Source of the DNA: Candidatus Dormiibacterota bacterium
GTDB lineage: Bacteria; Chloroflexota; Dormibacteria; Aeolococcales; Aeolococcaceae
Reading direction: 5' to 3'
DNA length: 64,000 nt
Assembly: GCA_963718525.1 (NCBI GenBank)
Contig: OY970355.1
Location: 480,001 to 544,000 of the forward strand
Position numbers and translations under genes: made by a program. Shown here one piece after another: positions 52,358 through 61,444 of the stretch (position 1 is its first letter; the number at the start of each line of letters is the position of its first letter). Below the pieces are notes generated by a model, which did not search any database, had not been told where the DNA came from, and saw only the letters and a program-made list of their open reading frames with translations.

Positions 52358-53938
52358 ATGGGATTCATCGACGTCAGCGAGCTCAGCTACTCCATCGGCG
52401 GGACCACGCTGTTCCGCGATGTCAGCTTTCGCGTCGGTGAAGGCAGCAAGGTCGCGCTGGTCGGCGCCAACGGCACCGGCAAGACGACGCTGCTCCGGCT
52501 CATCGCCGGCGACATCAAGCCGGACACCGGAACGATCAGCAGCAGCGGCGGTGTGGGCGTGATGCGTCAGTTCATCGGCAGCACGGGCGGCACGACGACG
52601 GTGCGGGATTTCCTGCTGGACCTGGCGGCGGAACCCGTCCGCGTGGCCGGCATGGCGCTGCAGGCCGCCGAGCACAACCTCGCCGAGGAGCCCGATGACG
52701 CTGACGTGGCGATCGCCTACGCGCAGGCTGTCGCCGACTGGGCGTCAGCGGGCGGATACGAAGCCGAGGTGACCTGGAACGTGTGCTGCGAGGGCAGCAT
52801 CGGCGAGTCCTTCGAGTCGGTGCGAGACCGGCTCGTGGCAACGCTCAGTGGTGGGGAGCAGAAGCGCCTCGCGCTTGAGGTGTTGCTCCGCGGCGACGAG
52901 GAGGTGCTCCTGCTCGACGAGCCCGACAACTACCTCGACGTCGCCGCCAAACGGCAGCTCGAGAAGGCGCTGCGCGCGACCGGCAAGACGGTGCTCTACG
53001 TCAGCCACGACCGCCAGGTGCTCGCCGAGACGGCCAACCGCGTCGTCACCCTCGAGGGACACGGAGTGTGGGTGCACGGCGGCGGATTCGCCGACTATGC
53101 GGAGGCCCGCGAGGCGCGGCTGGGCAGGCTCGACGAGCTGCACCGCCGTTGGGAGGAGGAGCACGTCCACCTGAAGGACCTGGTGCGACGCATGCGAATC
53201 CAGGCGACGATGAGCGACGCCATGGCGAGCCGCCTCCAAGCCGCGGTGACCAGGCTGCGCAAGTTCGAGGAGGCCGGACCACCCGCGGAGCGACCGCGCC
53301 GCCAGGACGTCCGCGTCCGTCTGCGTGGTGGCCGCACGGGGGTGCGCGTGCTGACCTGCGAACAGCTGGCGATTCCCGGTCTCGTGCGTCCCTTCGACCT
53401 CGAGGTGACGTTCGGTGAACGCATCGCGCTGCTCGGCAACAACGGCACGGGCAAGAGCCATCTGCTCCGGTTGTTCGCCGGCGAGGAGATTCCGCATGAG
53501 GGCCGGTTCGTGCTCGGTGCACGCGTCACGCCTGGCCACTTCAAGCAAACGCACGAGCATCCCGAGTTGCGCGGCAAGACGCTCGTCGAGTCGCTGCACC
53601 AGCACGGCCGCGACAAGGCAGGCGCGATGCGTGCACTCGACCGCTATGAGCTGGTCAGCCATGGCGACCAGGATTTCGCGACCCTGAGTGGCGGTCAGCA
53701 GGCGCGGTTTCTCATCCTGCTGCTCGAGATCGGCGGCGCAACCCTGCTGCTGCTCGATGAGCCAACCGACAACCTCGACGTGCACTCGGCGGAGGCGCTC
53801 GAGCGCGGCCTCGACGAGTTCCAAGGGACCGTTGTCGCCGTGACCCATGACCGCTGGTTCGCCCGCCGCTTCAACCGGTTCGTGATCGTTGCAGAGAATG
53901 GAGTCGTGACCGACCGGCAGTCGCCGGTGTGGGACTGA
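52358..53938 (+). CDS. ABC-F family ATP-binding protein
   Basis: Two NBDs (GANGTGKT/LSGGEQ/LDEPDN; GNNGTGKS/LSGGQQ/LDEPTD), no TM domain. Confidence 0.92.
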   Translation: MGFIDVSELSYSIGGTTLFRDVSFRVGEGSKVALVGANGTGKTTLLRLIAGDIKPDTGTISSSGGVGVMRQFIGSTGGTTTVRDFLLDLAAEPVRVAGMALQAAEHNLAEEPDDADVAIAYAQAVADWASAGGYEAEVTWNVCCEGSIGESFESVRDRLVATLSGGEQKRLALEVLLRGDEEVLLLDEPDNYLDVAAKRQLEKALRATGKTVLYVSHDRQVLAETANRVVTLEGHGVWVHGGGFADYAEAREARLGRLDELHRRWEEEHVHLKDLVRRMRIQATMSDAMASRLQAAVTRLRKFEEAGPPAERPRRQDVRVRLRGGRTGVRVLTCEQLAIPGLVRPFDLEVTFGERIALLGNNGTGKSHLLRLFAGEEIPHEGRFVLGARVTPGHFKQTHEHPELRGKTLVESLHQHGRDKAGAMRALDRYELVSHGDQDFATLSGGQQARFLILLLEIGGATLLLLDEPTDNLDVHSAEALERGLDEFQGTVVAVTHDRWFARRFNRFVIVAENGVVTDRQSPVWD

Positions 53939-54021
53939 GCGAGGCTGCTACCCGTTCTGACTGGCCCCGCCAGGCGATCCACTCGGGCATACGCTTGAGT
54001 CAAGGATCGTCCTCTTGAATC

Positions 54022-54444
54022 TCACGAGGCCGCAGGGGTCATCTGTGCAACGCGGATGTGGTTGCCGAACGGATCACGCAGGCCGAAGTCGATGCCATAT
54101 GGCTGTTCCGTCGGCTCCTGGGTGAATTCGACGCCGCCCTTGGCACGGAGGTCCTCGTACGCCTTGCGGGCGTCGCTCGTTGTGAAGAAGAGATGGCCGC
54201 CGGTCCGACCCTTGGTCAGGAGCGACCGAACTTCGTCTGCCGTCGCCGGATCCATCGCCGGGGGTCCGGGCTTCTCCAGCAGGATCTGGTGGTCAGGATC
54301 GCCCGGTACGTTGACCGTGAGGAATCGCATGAAACCGAGATCCTGGTCGGTGTTGATCTCGAGGCCCAGCGTACCGACGTAGAAGTCGACGGCCTGGTCC
54401 TGGTCGAGCACGTAAATCTGCGAGATGCGAAGACTGTTGAGCAT
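54022..54444 (-). CDS. VOC/glyoxalase family protein
   Basis: VLDQDQAVDFYVGTLG, GVEFTQEP..PYG..LRDPFGN. Confidence 0.9.
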   Translation of the reverse strand: MLNSLRISQIYVLDQDQAVDFYVGTLGLEINTDQDLGFMRFLTVNVPGDPDHQILLEKPGPPAMDPATADEVRSLLTKGRTGGHLFFTTSDARKAYEDLRAKGGVEFTQEPTEQPYGIDFGLRDPFGNHIRVAQMTPAAS

Positions 54445-54488
54445 GTCGGTGTTCCCTTTGCGTTGTCGCGGTTGATGTTGCCCCAACG

Positions 54489-54911
54489 CTATCCGGTCAT
54501 CCGGCGATCGTCTTCTCCAAAACTGCTGGGTCGCGTCCACGCCATGGCGAAGCACGTCGGCACCGTGATCACCTCGCCCCGGCGACGATATTTCGACGGC
54601 AACTCACCGACGATGAGGCGAAACGTTTTGCTGAAGGTGCCGAGGCTTGCGAAACCGACGTCGAAGCAGATGTCGGTGATGCTTCGATCGGTGCAGCGCA
54701 ACAGGTAGAGCGCCCGTTCGACGCGACGGCGCTGGAGATAGCGATGCGGAGTCTCGCCGAACGTCGCGCGAAATTCGCGGATGAAGTGTGACTCGGATAC
54801 GCACGCAATGCCGGCAAGCGTTGTGATGTCGAGCGAGCGGCCGTAGGTGAGGTCCATGGCATCGCGGGCGCGCAGCAGCCGCCGGTTGGTTTCCTCGACC
54901 GCCCGAGTCAT
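54489..54911 (-). CDS. AraC family HTH regulator
   Basis: ARDAMD..Y, HFIREF..TFGETPHRYL, ITDICFDVGFASLGTFS. Confidence 0.9.
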   Translation of the reverse strand: MTRAVEETNRRLLRARDAMDLTYGRSLDITTLAGIACVSESHFIREFRATFGETPHRYLQRRRVERALYLLRCTDRSITDICFDVGFASLGTFSKTFRLIVGELPSKYRRRGEVITVPTCFAMAWTRPSSFGEDDRRMTG

Positions 54912-55255
54912 CTGGACCCAGGCTGCTTCCCCGGAAGGGATCGCGCGTAGGCGACGCCCTCGTCCACCCATCGCTGCAGCTGCGGCTTGGTTCGAACGCC
55001 GTCACTGTCGACGCGCAACCACCCGTCCATCGCGCGTCCCCGCATCACCGCCACCTCGGCGTGCGGCGCGGCAGCCAGCTCGGCCGTTCTCGCCGGATCG
55101 ACCCGCACCAGGACTCCCCCCTGGCCGCTCGCGCTGATGGCCATATTGCCCCCGACCAGAAAGGCCAGGCCACCGAACATTCCCTTCTCGGTCACTCCTG
55201 CCTCGCCTCGAACCAGTTCGCGGATGCGATCGGCCAGATGCGTGTCATACGCCAC
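54908..55255 (-). CDS. TfoX/Sxy N-terminal domain protein
   Basis: MAYD..LADRIR, EK.MFGGLAFL..GNM, VRVDP, MRGR.MDGW. Confidence 0.85.
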   Translation of the reverse strand: MAYDTHLADRIRELVRGEAGVTEKGMFGGLAFLVGGNMAISASGQGGVLVRVDPARTAELAAAPHAEVAVMRGRAMDGWLRVDSDGVRTKPQLQRWVDEGVAYARSLPGKQPGSR

Positions 55256-56180
55256 GTCCACGATTGTCCGACACCGAGCCGTGCTGGCGCGGGAACCACT
55301 CCCGTCGGAGTTCATGGCTGCCGTCCTCGCAGCCGATCTCGTAGTACACGGCGATGCGATCGCCGTCGTCGACGACGCTTGTGTAGCGCAACGCCGGATG
55401 CGGTCCGTGTGCCTGGGCAACCGGCCCGTCGCCCACCGTCTCGAGATGTCCCGCGTCGCCCGCAGCGATACCGGTGCGCTCTTCCCAATTCTCGGAGGCG
55501 CCAGCGCGGCCGTCGTAGAACGCAATGACGGCGCCGTCTCGCTCCGTGATCGCCGTCACTCGCGTGCCACGCTGGTCCCACCGGCCCGATGTCGGCTGGA
55601 GCGCGGGGCCGTGCAGCGTCCAGTCGATTCCGTCGCCGCTTGTGGCGAATTCCGTCCACATGCGATCGGTGGCGTCCGGATCATCCAGTGGATGGCAGCA
55701 GATCCACGCGCGCCACCCGCGCTCGTCGCAGATGATCACCGGGTCCTTCATCGCCACGCGATCGCTGCCTGGCATCACCACCCGCCGTCCGGCGGCGGCG
55801 AAGTTCGAAGGCGAGCCGGCCCCGAGCAGTTCGACGCGCCAGTGGCGCGTGCCGGTCGTGGCGCAACTGAGATAAAGATGCCACCTGCCGGCAACGTCGA
55901 CCACCAGCGCCGGCCGCTCCAGGGACTCGGCGTCCATCGCGGCCTTGTCGATGCGCGCGAGCTCGGCGGTCCCACCATCGTCGGCCACGCGAGCGACGAT
56001 CACGTCTCCACCGCGACCGTCGTCGACCGGTCGCCGGCGGCGGTACGCGAGGTAGTGAACGCCACCATGCACCACGGCGCTCGGCGCCCCGACCCAATGC
56101 CCGGGTCCGCGCTCTTCGGGTACGGCAATCGTCTGGGCCTCGACGTTACGGGGTATTGGCAACGCCTCCAGCCGAAGCAT
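55245..56180 (-). CDS. five-bladed beta-propeller glycoside-hydrolase-like protein (GH32/43/130-like fold)
   Basis: WVGAPS, YR.RRP, SLERPAL, MKDPVI, ATSGDGIDW, WD.RG.R, FYDG. Confidence 0.6.
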   Translation of the reverse strand: MLRLEALPIPRNVEAQTIAVPEERGPGHWVGAPSAVVHGGVHYLAYRRRRPVDDGRGGDVIVARVADDGGTAELARIDKAAMDAESLERPALVVDVAGRWHLYLSCATTGTRHWRVELLGAGSPSNFAAAGRRVVMPGSDRVAMKDPVIICDERGWRAWICCHPLDDPDATDRMWTEFATSGDGIDWTLHGPALQPTSGRWDQRGTRVTAITERDGAVIAFYDGRAGASENWEERTGIAAGDAGHLETVGDGPVAQAHGPHPALRYTSVVDDGDRIAVYYEIGCEDGSHELRREWFPRQHGSVSDNRGRGV

Positions 56181-56249
56181 TGGTCCATCTTCAGGATTGC
56201 CTGCTCCCACGGCGTCATCCTGACTCGCGCGAGGCGGAATCCCAAAGCC

Positions 56250-56281
56250 GCAATCGGACTGCAATCGCCTGGTTCCACGAT
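56250..56281 (+). promoter_or_regulatory. perfect heptamer direct repeat 8 nt upstream of a -10-like box
   Basis: GCAATCG at 56250 and 56261 (11-bp phase), then CACGAT at 56276. Confidence 0.45.
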
Positions 56282-56313
56282 GCGGAAAGTCGTACAACAT
56301 CAGGAGCGCAGAG

Positions 56314-56697
56314 ATGACCAATCCAGTCGACAGGTTCACCCAGGCGATCGCGACCGCATCGATCGGCGAAGCCGGAGTCTTTGCCACGAACGCCGTGCTC
56401 GACGCCACCGTCCCCAACTGGCGCTTCACGGTCGAGGGAGCCGTGAGCGTTGAAGCCGAGCTGGGCAGGTGGTATGCCGATCCCGGACGCTTCGAGGAGA
56501 TGCGACGGACGGCGCTCCCGGATGGCGAGCTCGTCGAGTTCGTGCTTACCTGGGAAGAGGATGGCGAACCCCACATGTGCCACCAGGCTCACCACATCGA
56601 GGTCCAGGACGGTCTGATCACCCGCGATCGCGCCTGGTGCGGGGGCAGGTGGGGCGCCGCACTGCAGGCCGAGATGGCCGAGGCCGCGCGACCATGA
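56314..56697 (+). CDS. NTF2/SnoaL-like protein
   Basis: AVLDATVPNWRF..G...; C-terminal HQAH..GLI..D..WCGGRW; AGGAG RBS. Confidence 0.65.
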   Translation: MTNPVDRFTQAIATASIGEAGVFATNAVLDATVPNWRFTVEGAVSVEAELGRWYADPGRFEEMRRTALPDGELVEFVLTWEEDGEPHMCHQAHHIEVQDGLITRDRAWCGGRWGAALQAEMAEAARP

Positions 56698-57702
56698 CCT
56701 CTGTGACGTCGCCCGGCCGCGCGATTCCGCTCTCGGATTCCGTCGACCGCTTGCTCCAGGGTGCTGAGCAGCGGGAATCCTGGAAGACCACCAACTCGCT
56801 GTCGGGCAGCCACTTCGAGCGGGTGGTCATCGACGGGGTTCCATTGATAGTGAAGTACAGCTCCCTCGACAACGACTGGATCATGCGCGCGACTGGCGAC
56901 CTCAACTCGCGCCAGCTGACGTTGCTCATGTCCGGCGTGCTCGACAGGCTCCCAGCGTCCATCGACCACACGGTTGTCGGTTGTGCCCCCTACACCGACG
57001 ACGGCGGACATCGTGGCGCGGCGCTGCTGATGCGCGACGTCTCCAACTCGCTCATTCCCGCCGGCAGCGAGCGCATCACGATGTCCCAGCATCGCGGTTT
57101 CATCCAGGGCATGGCCGCCATGCACGCCGCGTTCTGGGGATTCCGCGATGACGCGGGACTGTGTCCGCTATCACATCGCTACGTCTTCCTGACGCCGACC
57201 ATGGCCGAGCTCGAAATGGCGACTCCCCGCGGTGACTCAGTCCCCCCCGCGGTCGCAGACGGCTGGCGACGTCTTGACGAGCAGTATCCAGCGGACGCGC
57301 GCCGGCTGCGCAAGCTCGCCGCTGACCCGTGGCCACTGGTCGATGCTTTGCAGGCCGGACCCCAGACATTCATCCACAGCGACTGGAAGCTCGGCAACCT
57401 CGGCCGCGAGGGATCCCGGACCATCCTGCTCGACTGGGATCGCACCGGCGAGGCACCTCCGCTCGTCGATCTCGCGTGGTACCTGGCGGTCAACTGCGAC
57501 CGGCTCCCCGAGTTCGAAAGAGGACACCATCGACGCATACCGGACGTCGCTCGAGTCCTCGGGCATCGCGACCGCGTCGTGGTGGTCCGGCCAGCTCGCT
57601 CCGGCGCTGGCAGGGGCATTCCTGCAGCTGGCCTGGGCCAAGACCGGCGACGCGACCGAGTTCGGATGGTGGAGCGAGCGCCTCGCGGCGTGGAATCCCT
57701 GA
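56694..57702 (+). CDS. aminoglycoside-phosphotransferase/choline-kinase-like protein, +1 frameshift at about 57513
   Basis: HSDWKLGN (Brenner motif), LLDW; deleting one T at 57513 gives LPESKEDTIDAYRTSLE...WNP* at 57702. Confidence 0.78.
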
Positions 57703-58490
57703 CAACCGAACCCAGGAACGCGTACCAGGGCGTTGCTGCCGCGTGGGCCGGGGGTCCAGCCGCGATGTACGACAAGCTCGCGTCGGTCGCCATCACGCGC
57801 GCCGCGAACAGTCTGCGTGGCGCGAGCGTGCTCGACGTCGGCGCCGGGACCGGCGCGCTGTGCCGTGCGCTGACGACGGCGGGAGCGGTCCCGATCGCCG
57901 TCGACATGTCTGGAGACATGCTCGGCCTGATCGGCGACGCAGCACTGGGCTCGGTCGTCGGCGACATGTGCGCTCTGCCCTTCTGCGACGACGGATTCGA
58001 CGCTGCGGTCAGCGGGTTCGCGATCTCGCACATCGACACGCCCGAACGTGCTCTGGCGGAGATGTTGCGCGTGGTTCGACCCCACGGTCAGGTGATCGCA
58101 GCGGTGTTCGGTGAGGCACCCGGCGGCGCGTCGAAGGACGCCGTCGATGAGGTCGCTCGGGACTTCGGATTCGATCCGCCCGCCTGGTACGTGCAGCTCA
58201 AGACGCGCACCGAACCCCGCTCGAACACGCCCGCGTTGCTCGCCGCCTGCGCAACCGGCGCCGGCCTCGAGGACATCGACGTCGCGGATCTGGTCATCGA
58301 AACCGGACTGGATACCCCCGAGTTGATCGCCGCGTACCGGACCGGCCTTGCGCACCTTGCGCCCTTCGTTGCATCCCTCCCCGGCTCAAAGCGCGACGAG
58401 TTCCTCAAGCGCGCAGTTGGCGCTGTCCGCGAGCGCGGTCAGCCGGTGCGATCTCGTGTCCTGGTGCTCTCGAGTCGCGTCCCCGCGTAG
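57690..58490 (+). CDS. class I SAM-dependent methyltransferase
   Basis: VLDVGAGTG, AVDMS..ML, GD..ALPF.D.GFD, EMLRVVRP.G; as assembled it is in frame with the 5' part of the kinase gene. Confidence 0.85.
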   Translation: MESLTTEPRNAYQGVAAAWAGGPAAMYDKLASVAITRAANSLRGASVLDVGAGTGALCRALTTAGAVPIAVDMSGDMLGLIGDAALGSVVGDMCALPFCDDGFDAAVSGFAISHIDTPERALAEMLRVVRPHGQVIAAVFGEAPGGASKDAVDEVARDFGFDPPAWYVQLKTRTEPRSNTPALLAACATGAGLEDIDVADLVIETGLDTPELIAAYRTGLAHLAPFVASLPGSKRDEFLKRAVGAVRERGQPVRSRVLVLSSRVPA

Positions 58491-58623
58491 TCCAGGAACA
58501 CAGTGCGCGCGGGTCCCTCGAGGTGGGCGGCGAGCCGGTCGCGATGCATCGCCGCGAGCGGGCTTCGGCACCATTGCGTGACGACGATTAGCAACTGCCG
58601 TCGGATTATCACACTCCGACGGC

Positions 58624-58989
58624 TCATCCCTGTTCGAGGCAGAACTCATTGCCCTCGGGATCGGCGAGCACGACCCATCCGCCGGGCTCGAGCTCGCGGC
58701 GATCGTCAACCACTACGGCGCCGAGTGTGCACAGCCGTTCGAGTTCGCGCGCCTGTCCCGCCTCGCCCGGCATCAAGTCGAGATGCACTCGATTCTTCAC
58801 CACTTTCTCTTCCGGGACCGTTACGAAGACGAGCCGGGGCCATCGATTCTCAGGCTCGCTTGCAAGCCAGAATTCGTTGCCGGGCATGTCAACTCTCTCG
58901 ATGTCATACCCGGTGACCGAACCCCAGAACACGGCGACGCGGCGAGCGTCGCGACAGTCAAAGGTTACGTTGAGTAAAGCAGAAACCAT
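58624..58989 (-). CDS. VOC family (glyoxalase-like) protein
   Basis: VTFDC.DA..VA.FW, KNRVHLDL, WVVLADPEGNEFC. Confidence 0.9.
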   Translation of the reverse strand: MVSALLNVTFDCRDARRVAVFWGSVTGYDIERVDMPGNEFWLASEPENRWPRLVFVTVPEEKVVKNRVHLDLMPGEAGQARELERLCTLGAVVVDDRRELEPGGWVVLADPEGNEFCLEQG

Positions 58990-59028
58990 GGGAATTCTCC
59001 GGCAATTTTGGCGGGGCGGCAGCAAGCG

Positions 59029-59178
59029 TCAGTGACAACTGACGCAACGCCGATGGTGATCGTCGAACACATCGCCAGGCGGCTGATGCCGGAACCCGAA
59101 CTTCAGGCGCCGGAGCCGTACCGCTATCCGAAGATGCGTCCGCGAAGCGCGACGCAGCAGGATTCTCGTGTCAATCAT
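59029..59178 (-). CDS. candidate 49-aa basic microprotein ending in CxxCH
   Basis: GGAGG RBS 7 nt before ATG; MIDTRILLRR...HHRRCVSCH*. Confidence 0.35.
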   Translation of the reverse strand: MIDTRILLRRASRTHLRIAVRLRRLKFGFRHQPPGDVFDDHHRRCVSCH

Positions 59179-59376
59179 AGCGCCCCCTCCCGGCAATGCC
59201 GGGTCGCGTCGGAGCCAGCGCGAGCGCGAGCAACGTACTGCGCAGCTCATCACTGCGCAACTACGTCATCGCGCGACCGCACCCGTCGCCATCACCGCCA
59301 ACGTCGATCGTTCCTTGAGCGCGAGCGCGGTTGTGTCTTCCGGAATCGGACGCGAATTACGACACGACGGCTTGCT

Positions 59377-60609
59377 TCACACCGTCGCGACGGAATCGGG
59401 CGCGCGCGTCCGTGCCCGGTAGGCATGGGAGGGCGGGATCGTCAGAATCCGCCCCTCCTCTGACCTGACCACCTGCCAGCCACCCTCATGCGCCTTCCAG
59501 TGATGGCGGTGGCAGAGCAGGACCAGATTCTCAAGGTTGGTCTCCCCGCCGTGTCCCCAGTGGAGGACGTGGTGAGCGTTGGTCCAGGACGAGGGACGCT
59601 CACAGCCCGGCCAGACGCAGCCCTGGTCGCGGACCCGGAGCGCGGCACGTCCCGCACCCGAGGGCACCCGCAGCGCCCGGCCCACGTCGATCACCGCAGA
59701 GTTGGGACCGAGCAGCACCCGGCGGATGCTCGCGTCACAGGCGAGCCGCTGCACCGTGGCCGCCGGGACCACCCCGGCGAACTCGAGCTCGCCACCGGGC
59801 GCACCGGACAGCCCCATCACCGTCTCCACCGAGGCGGTGAGCTGGAGATGGGTCCGAGTCGTCCCACCCTCGGTGGTGAAGCCGTGGTCGAGGGCATGCA
59901 TGGCGAGCTCGACGAGACCGTCGGCGAGGCGGCGAGCCCGGGGTCGCTCGTCGCCCACCCCCGAGCGGCCACACAGCGGTGCCAGGGCCACCCGCAGCGT
60001 GGCCCCGCCGACCGGGTCGAGGACGCCGTGCACGGCCAGCCGGCCGTCCTCGCAGGTGGTGAGCTCGAGAGAGCGGGCGTCGACCGCATCGACGTGCTCG
60101 GCGAGCACCGCGGCGGCATCGGCGGCATGGCGGGCGTGCTCACAGTCCTTGACGAAGCGGCCGACCGAGTGCTCGAGGGCAAGCTCGAGGAGGGGACCCT
60201 CGGCAAAGCTCTGCCCGGTGCGCGCCGCGGCCCGCTCCAACCCCGCGAGCAGGGAGAGATGGGCGAACCCGATCCGGCCCTCCTGGAGCGCCACCACACT
60301 GGCCGCAAGCTGGGGTGCCGCCTCCCCGGTGGCGATCGAACGAGCCGCAGCGGTGCTGGACATCCGGCACTGGTGGCGGACCCAATCGATCGGGGAGTTC
60401 GAGCCCTGGACCTCGTACTCATCGCTGGAGGCAAAGGTCGCAGCCTCGTGGGCGAAGCGGAGCTCGAGGAGGTCAATGCCGTGGCGAAAGCGGATCAGAC
60501 GCTCGCCGAGGTCGAACCCGCTGATCTCACCCCCCGGCGAGGCCACGAACGCCTCGACCGCCTGCAGGAGCCGCTCGAGCTGTCCCAGCTTGTCCTCGCC
60601 ATCACACAT
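59377..60609 (-). CDS. DUF222 + HNH endonuclease (13E12-repeat-like) protein
   Basis: R.ADGLVEL, RLACDA, DVGRA.R, RDQGCVWPGC..AHH..HW..GG.T...NLVLLC.RHH..HE. Confidence 0.9.
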   Translation of the reverse strand: MCDGEDKLGQLERLLQAVEAFVASPGGEISGFDLGERLIRFRHGIDLLELRFAHEAATFASSDEYEVQGSNSPIDWVRHQCRMSSTAAARSIATGEAAPQLAASVVALQEGRIGFAHLSLLAGLERAAARTGQSFAEGPLLELALEHSVGRFVKDCEHARHAADAAAVLAEHVDAVDARSLELTTCEDGRLAVHGVLDPVGGATLRVALAPLCGRSGVGDERPRARRLADGLVELAMHALDHGFTTEGGTTRTHLQLTASVETVMGLSGAPGGELEFAGVVPAATVQRLACDASIRRVLLGPNSAVIDVGRALRVPSGAGRAALRVRDQGCVWPGCERPSSWTNAHHVLHWGHGGETNLENLVLLCHRHHWKAHEGGWQVVRSEEGRILTIPPSHAYRARTRAPDSVATV

Positions 60610-60615
60610 CCCAGT

Positions 60616-60635
60616 AGTATAGAACATACGTTTGC
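60616..60635 (-). promoter_or_regulatory. LexA (SOS) box abutting a leaderless -10 promoter
   Basis: TAGAAC-ATAC-GTTTGC (60620-60635) versus the Gram-positive GAAC-N4-GTTC consensus; - strand TATACT 6 nt before ATG 60609. Confidence 0.65.
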
Positions 60636-60698
60636 AGCAACGCGTGACGCCGCCACGCGCACCGTCGAAGACCCGAAGGCGCGTCTGACCGAGCCGGT

Positions 60699-61355
60699 TT
60701 AGGCCGGTGCGTCTCCGGACGGAACCAGGGTCGGGCCACCCGCCCCGTGGCGAAGCCCGTCAAACAGGAGGCTCACCAGGCGTTGCGAGGCCTCGGAGCG
60801 CTCCTGGTCTGTCGACATGCAGATCCCGCCGACAGCACGGAGCAGATCGGCCCCATCGACATCCGCGCGAACCGTGCCGGCCGCGACGCCTGCCTCGAGG
60901 AGCTTCGACGCCGCCGCACTGGCGCGTCCCCGCGTTTGCTCCGAAAAACTGGCATTGCTGCTCATCAGCGGCTTCAGCAGCGACGACATCCCGCGCTTGG
61001 TGGCGACGTGCCGGACGAACAGCTGCATCCACTCTGCCAGGGCCCGGTCAGGCGGCATGGTCTCGAGGAGCTGGTCGGCGCTGTCGCAGAGCACGTCGAT
61101 CTCATGGCGATAGACGGCTTCGACGATCAACTCGCGCGTCGGAAAGTGGCGATAGAGCGTGCCAATCCCGACGCCCGCATCGCGAGCGATGTCCTCGAGC
61201 GGCACCTCCGCACCCCGGGCTGCGAATGCGGCGGCGGCCGCAGCGATCAGGAGATCGCGGTTGCGCAGCGCGTCGGCGCGGGGACGTCGCTCAGCGGACG
61301 CGGAAACAGCGGTCTCGACCGCACCGGTCTCTACCTCCGCCACTTCACGTGCCAC
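60699..61355 (-). CDS. TetR/AcrR family regulator
   Basis: RADALRNRD.L, LEDIARDAGVGIGTLYRHFPTRE; start approximate. Confidence 0.92.
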   Translation of the reverse strand: MAREVAEVETGAVETAVSASAERRPRADALRNRDLLIAAAAAAFAARGAEVPLEDIARDAGVGIGTLYRHFPTRELIVEAVYRHEIDVLCDSADQLLETMPPDRALAEWMQLFVRHVATKRGMSSLLKPLMSSNASFSEQTRGRASAAASKLLEAGVAAGTVRADVDGADLLRAVGGICMSTDQERSEASQRLVSLLFDGLRHGAGGPTLVPSGDAPA

Positions 61356-61372
61356 TTGGTACCAAACCTCAC

Positions 61373-61418
61373 TTGCAAAACGGAGACAACCTCCGTATAC
61401 TTCCGGAGGTAGCGTCCG
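61373..61418 (+). promoter_or_regulatory. MFS promoter with tandem TetR-type operators
   Basis: TTGCAA(61373)-17 nt-TATACT(61396); ACGGAG-N5-CTCCGT (61380-61396) and CGGA-N7-TCCG (61404-61418). Confidence 0.75.
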
Positions 61419-61444
61419 TTTCCTGATTCTACGCCATCTGGAGG

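Noticed and set aside
57515-57520. CGA AAG hexamer, known as a -1 frameshift site
   Set aside because: Restoring the kinase C-terminus needs a +1 shift, and CGA is not in the reading frame being translated
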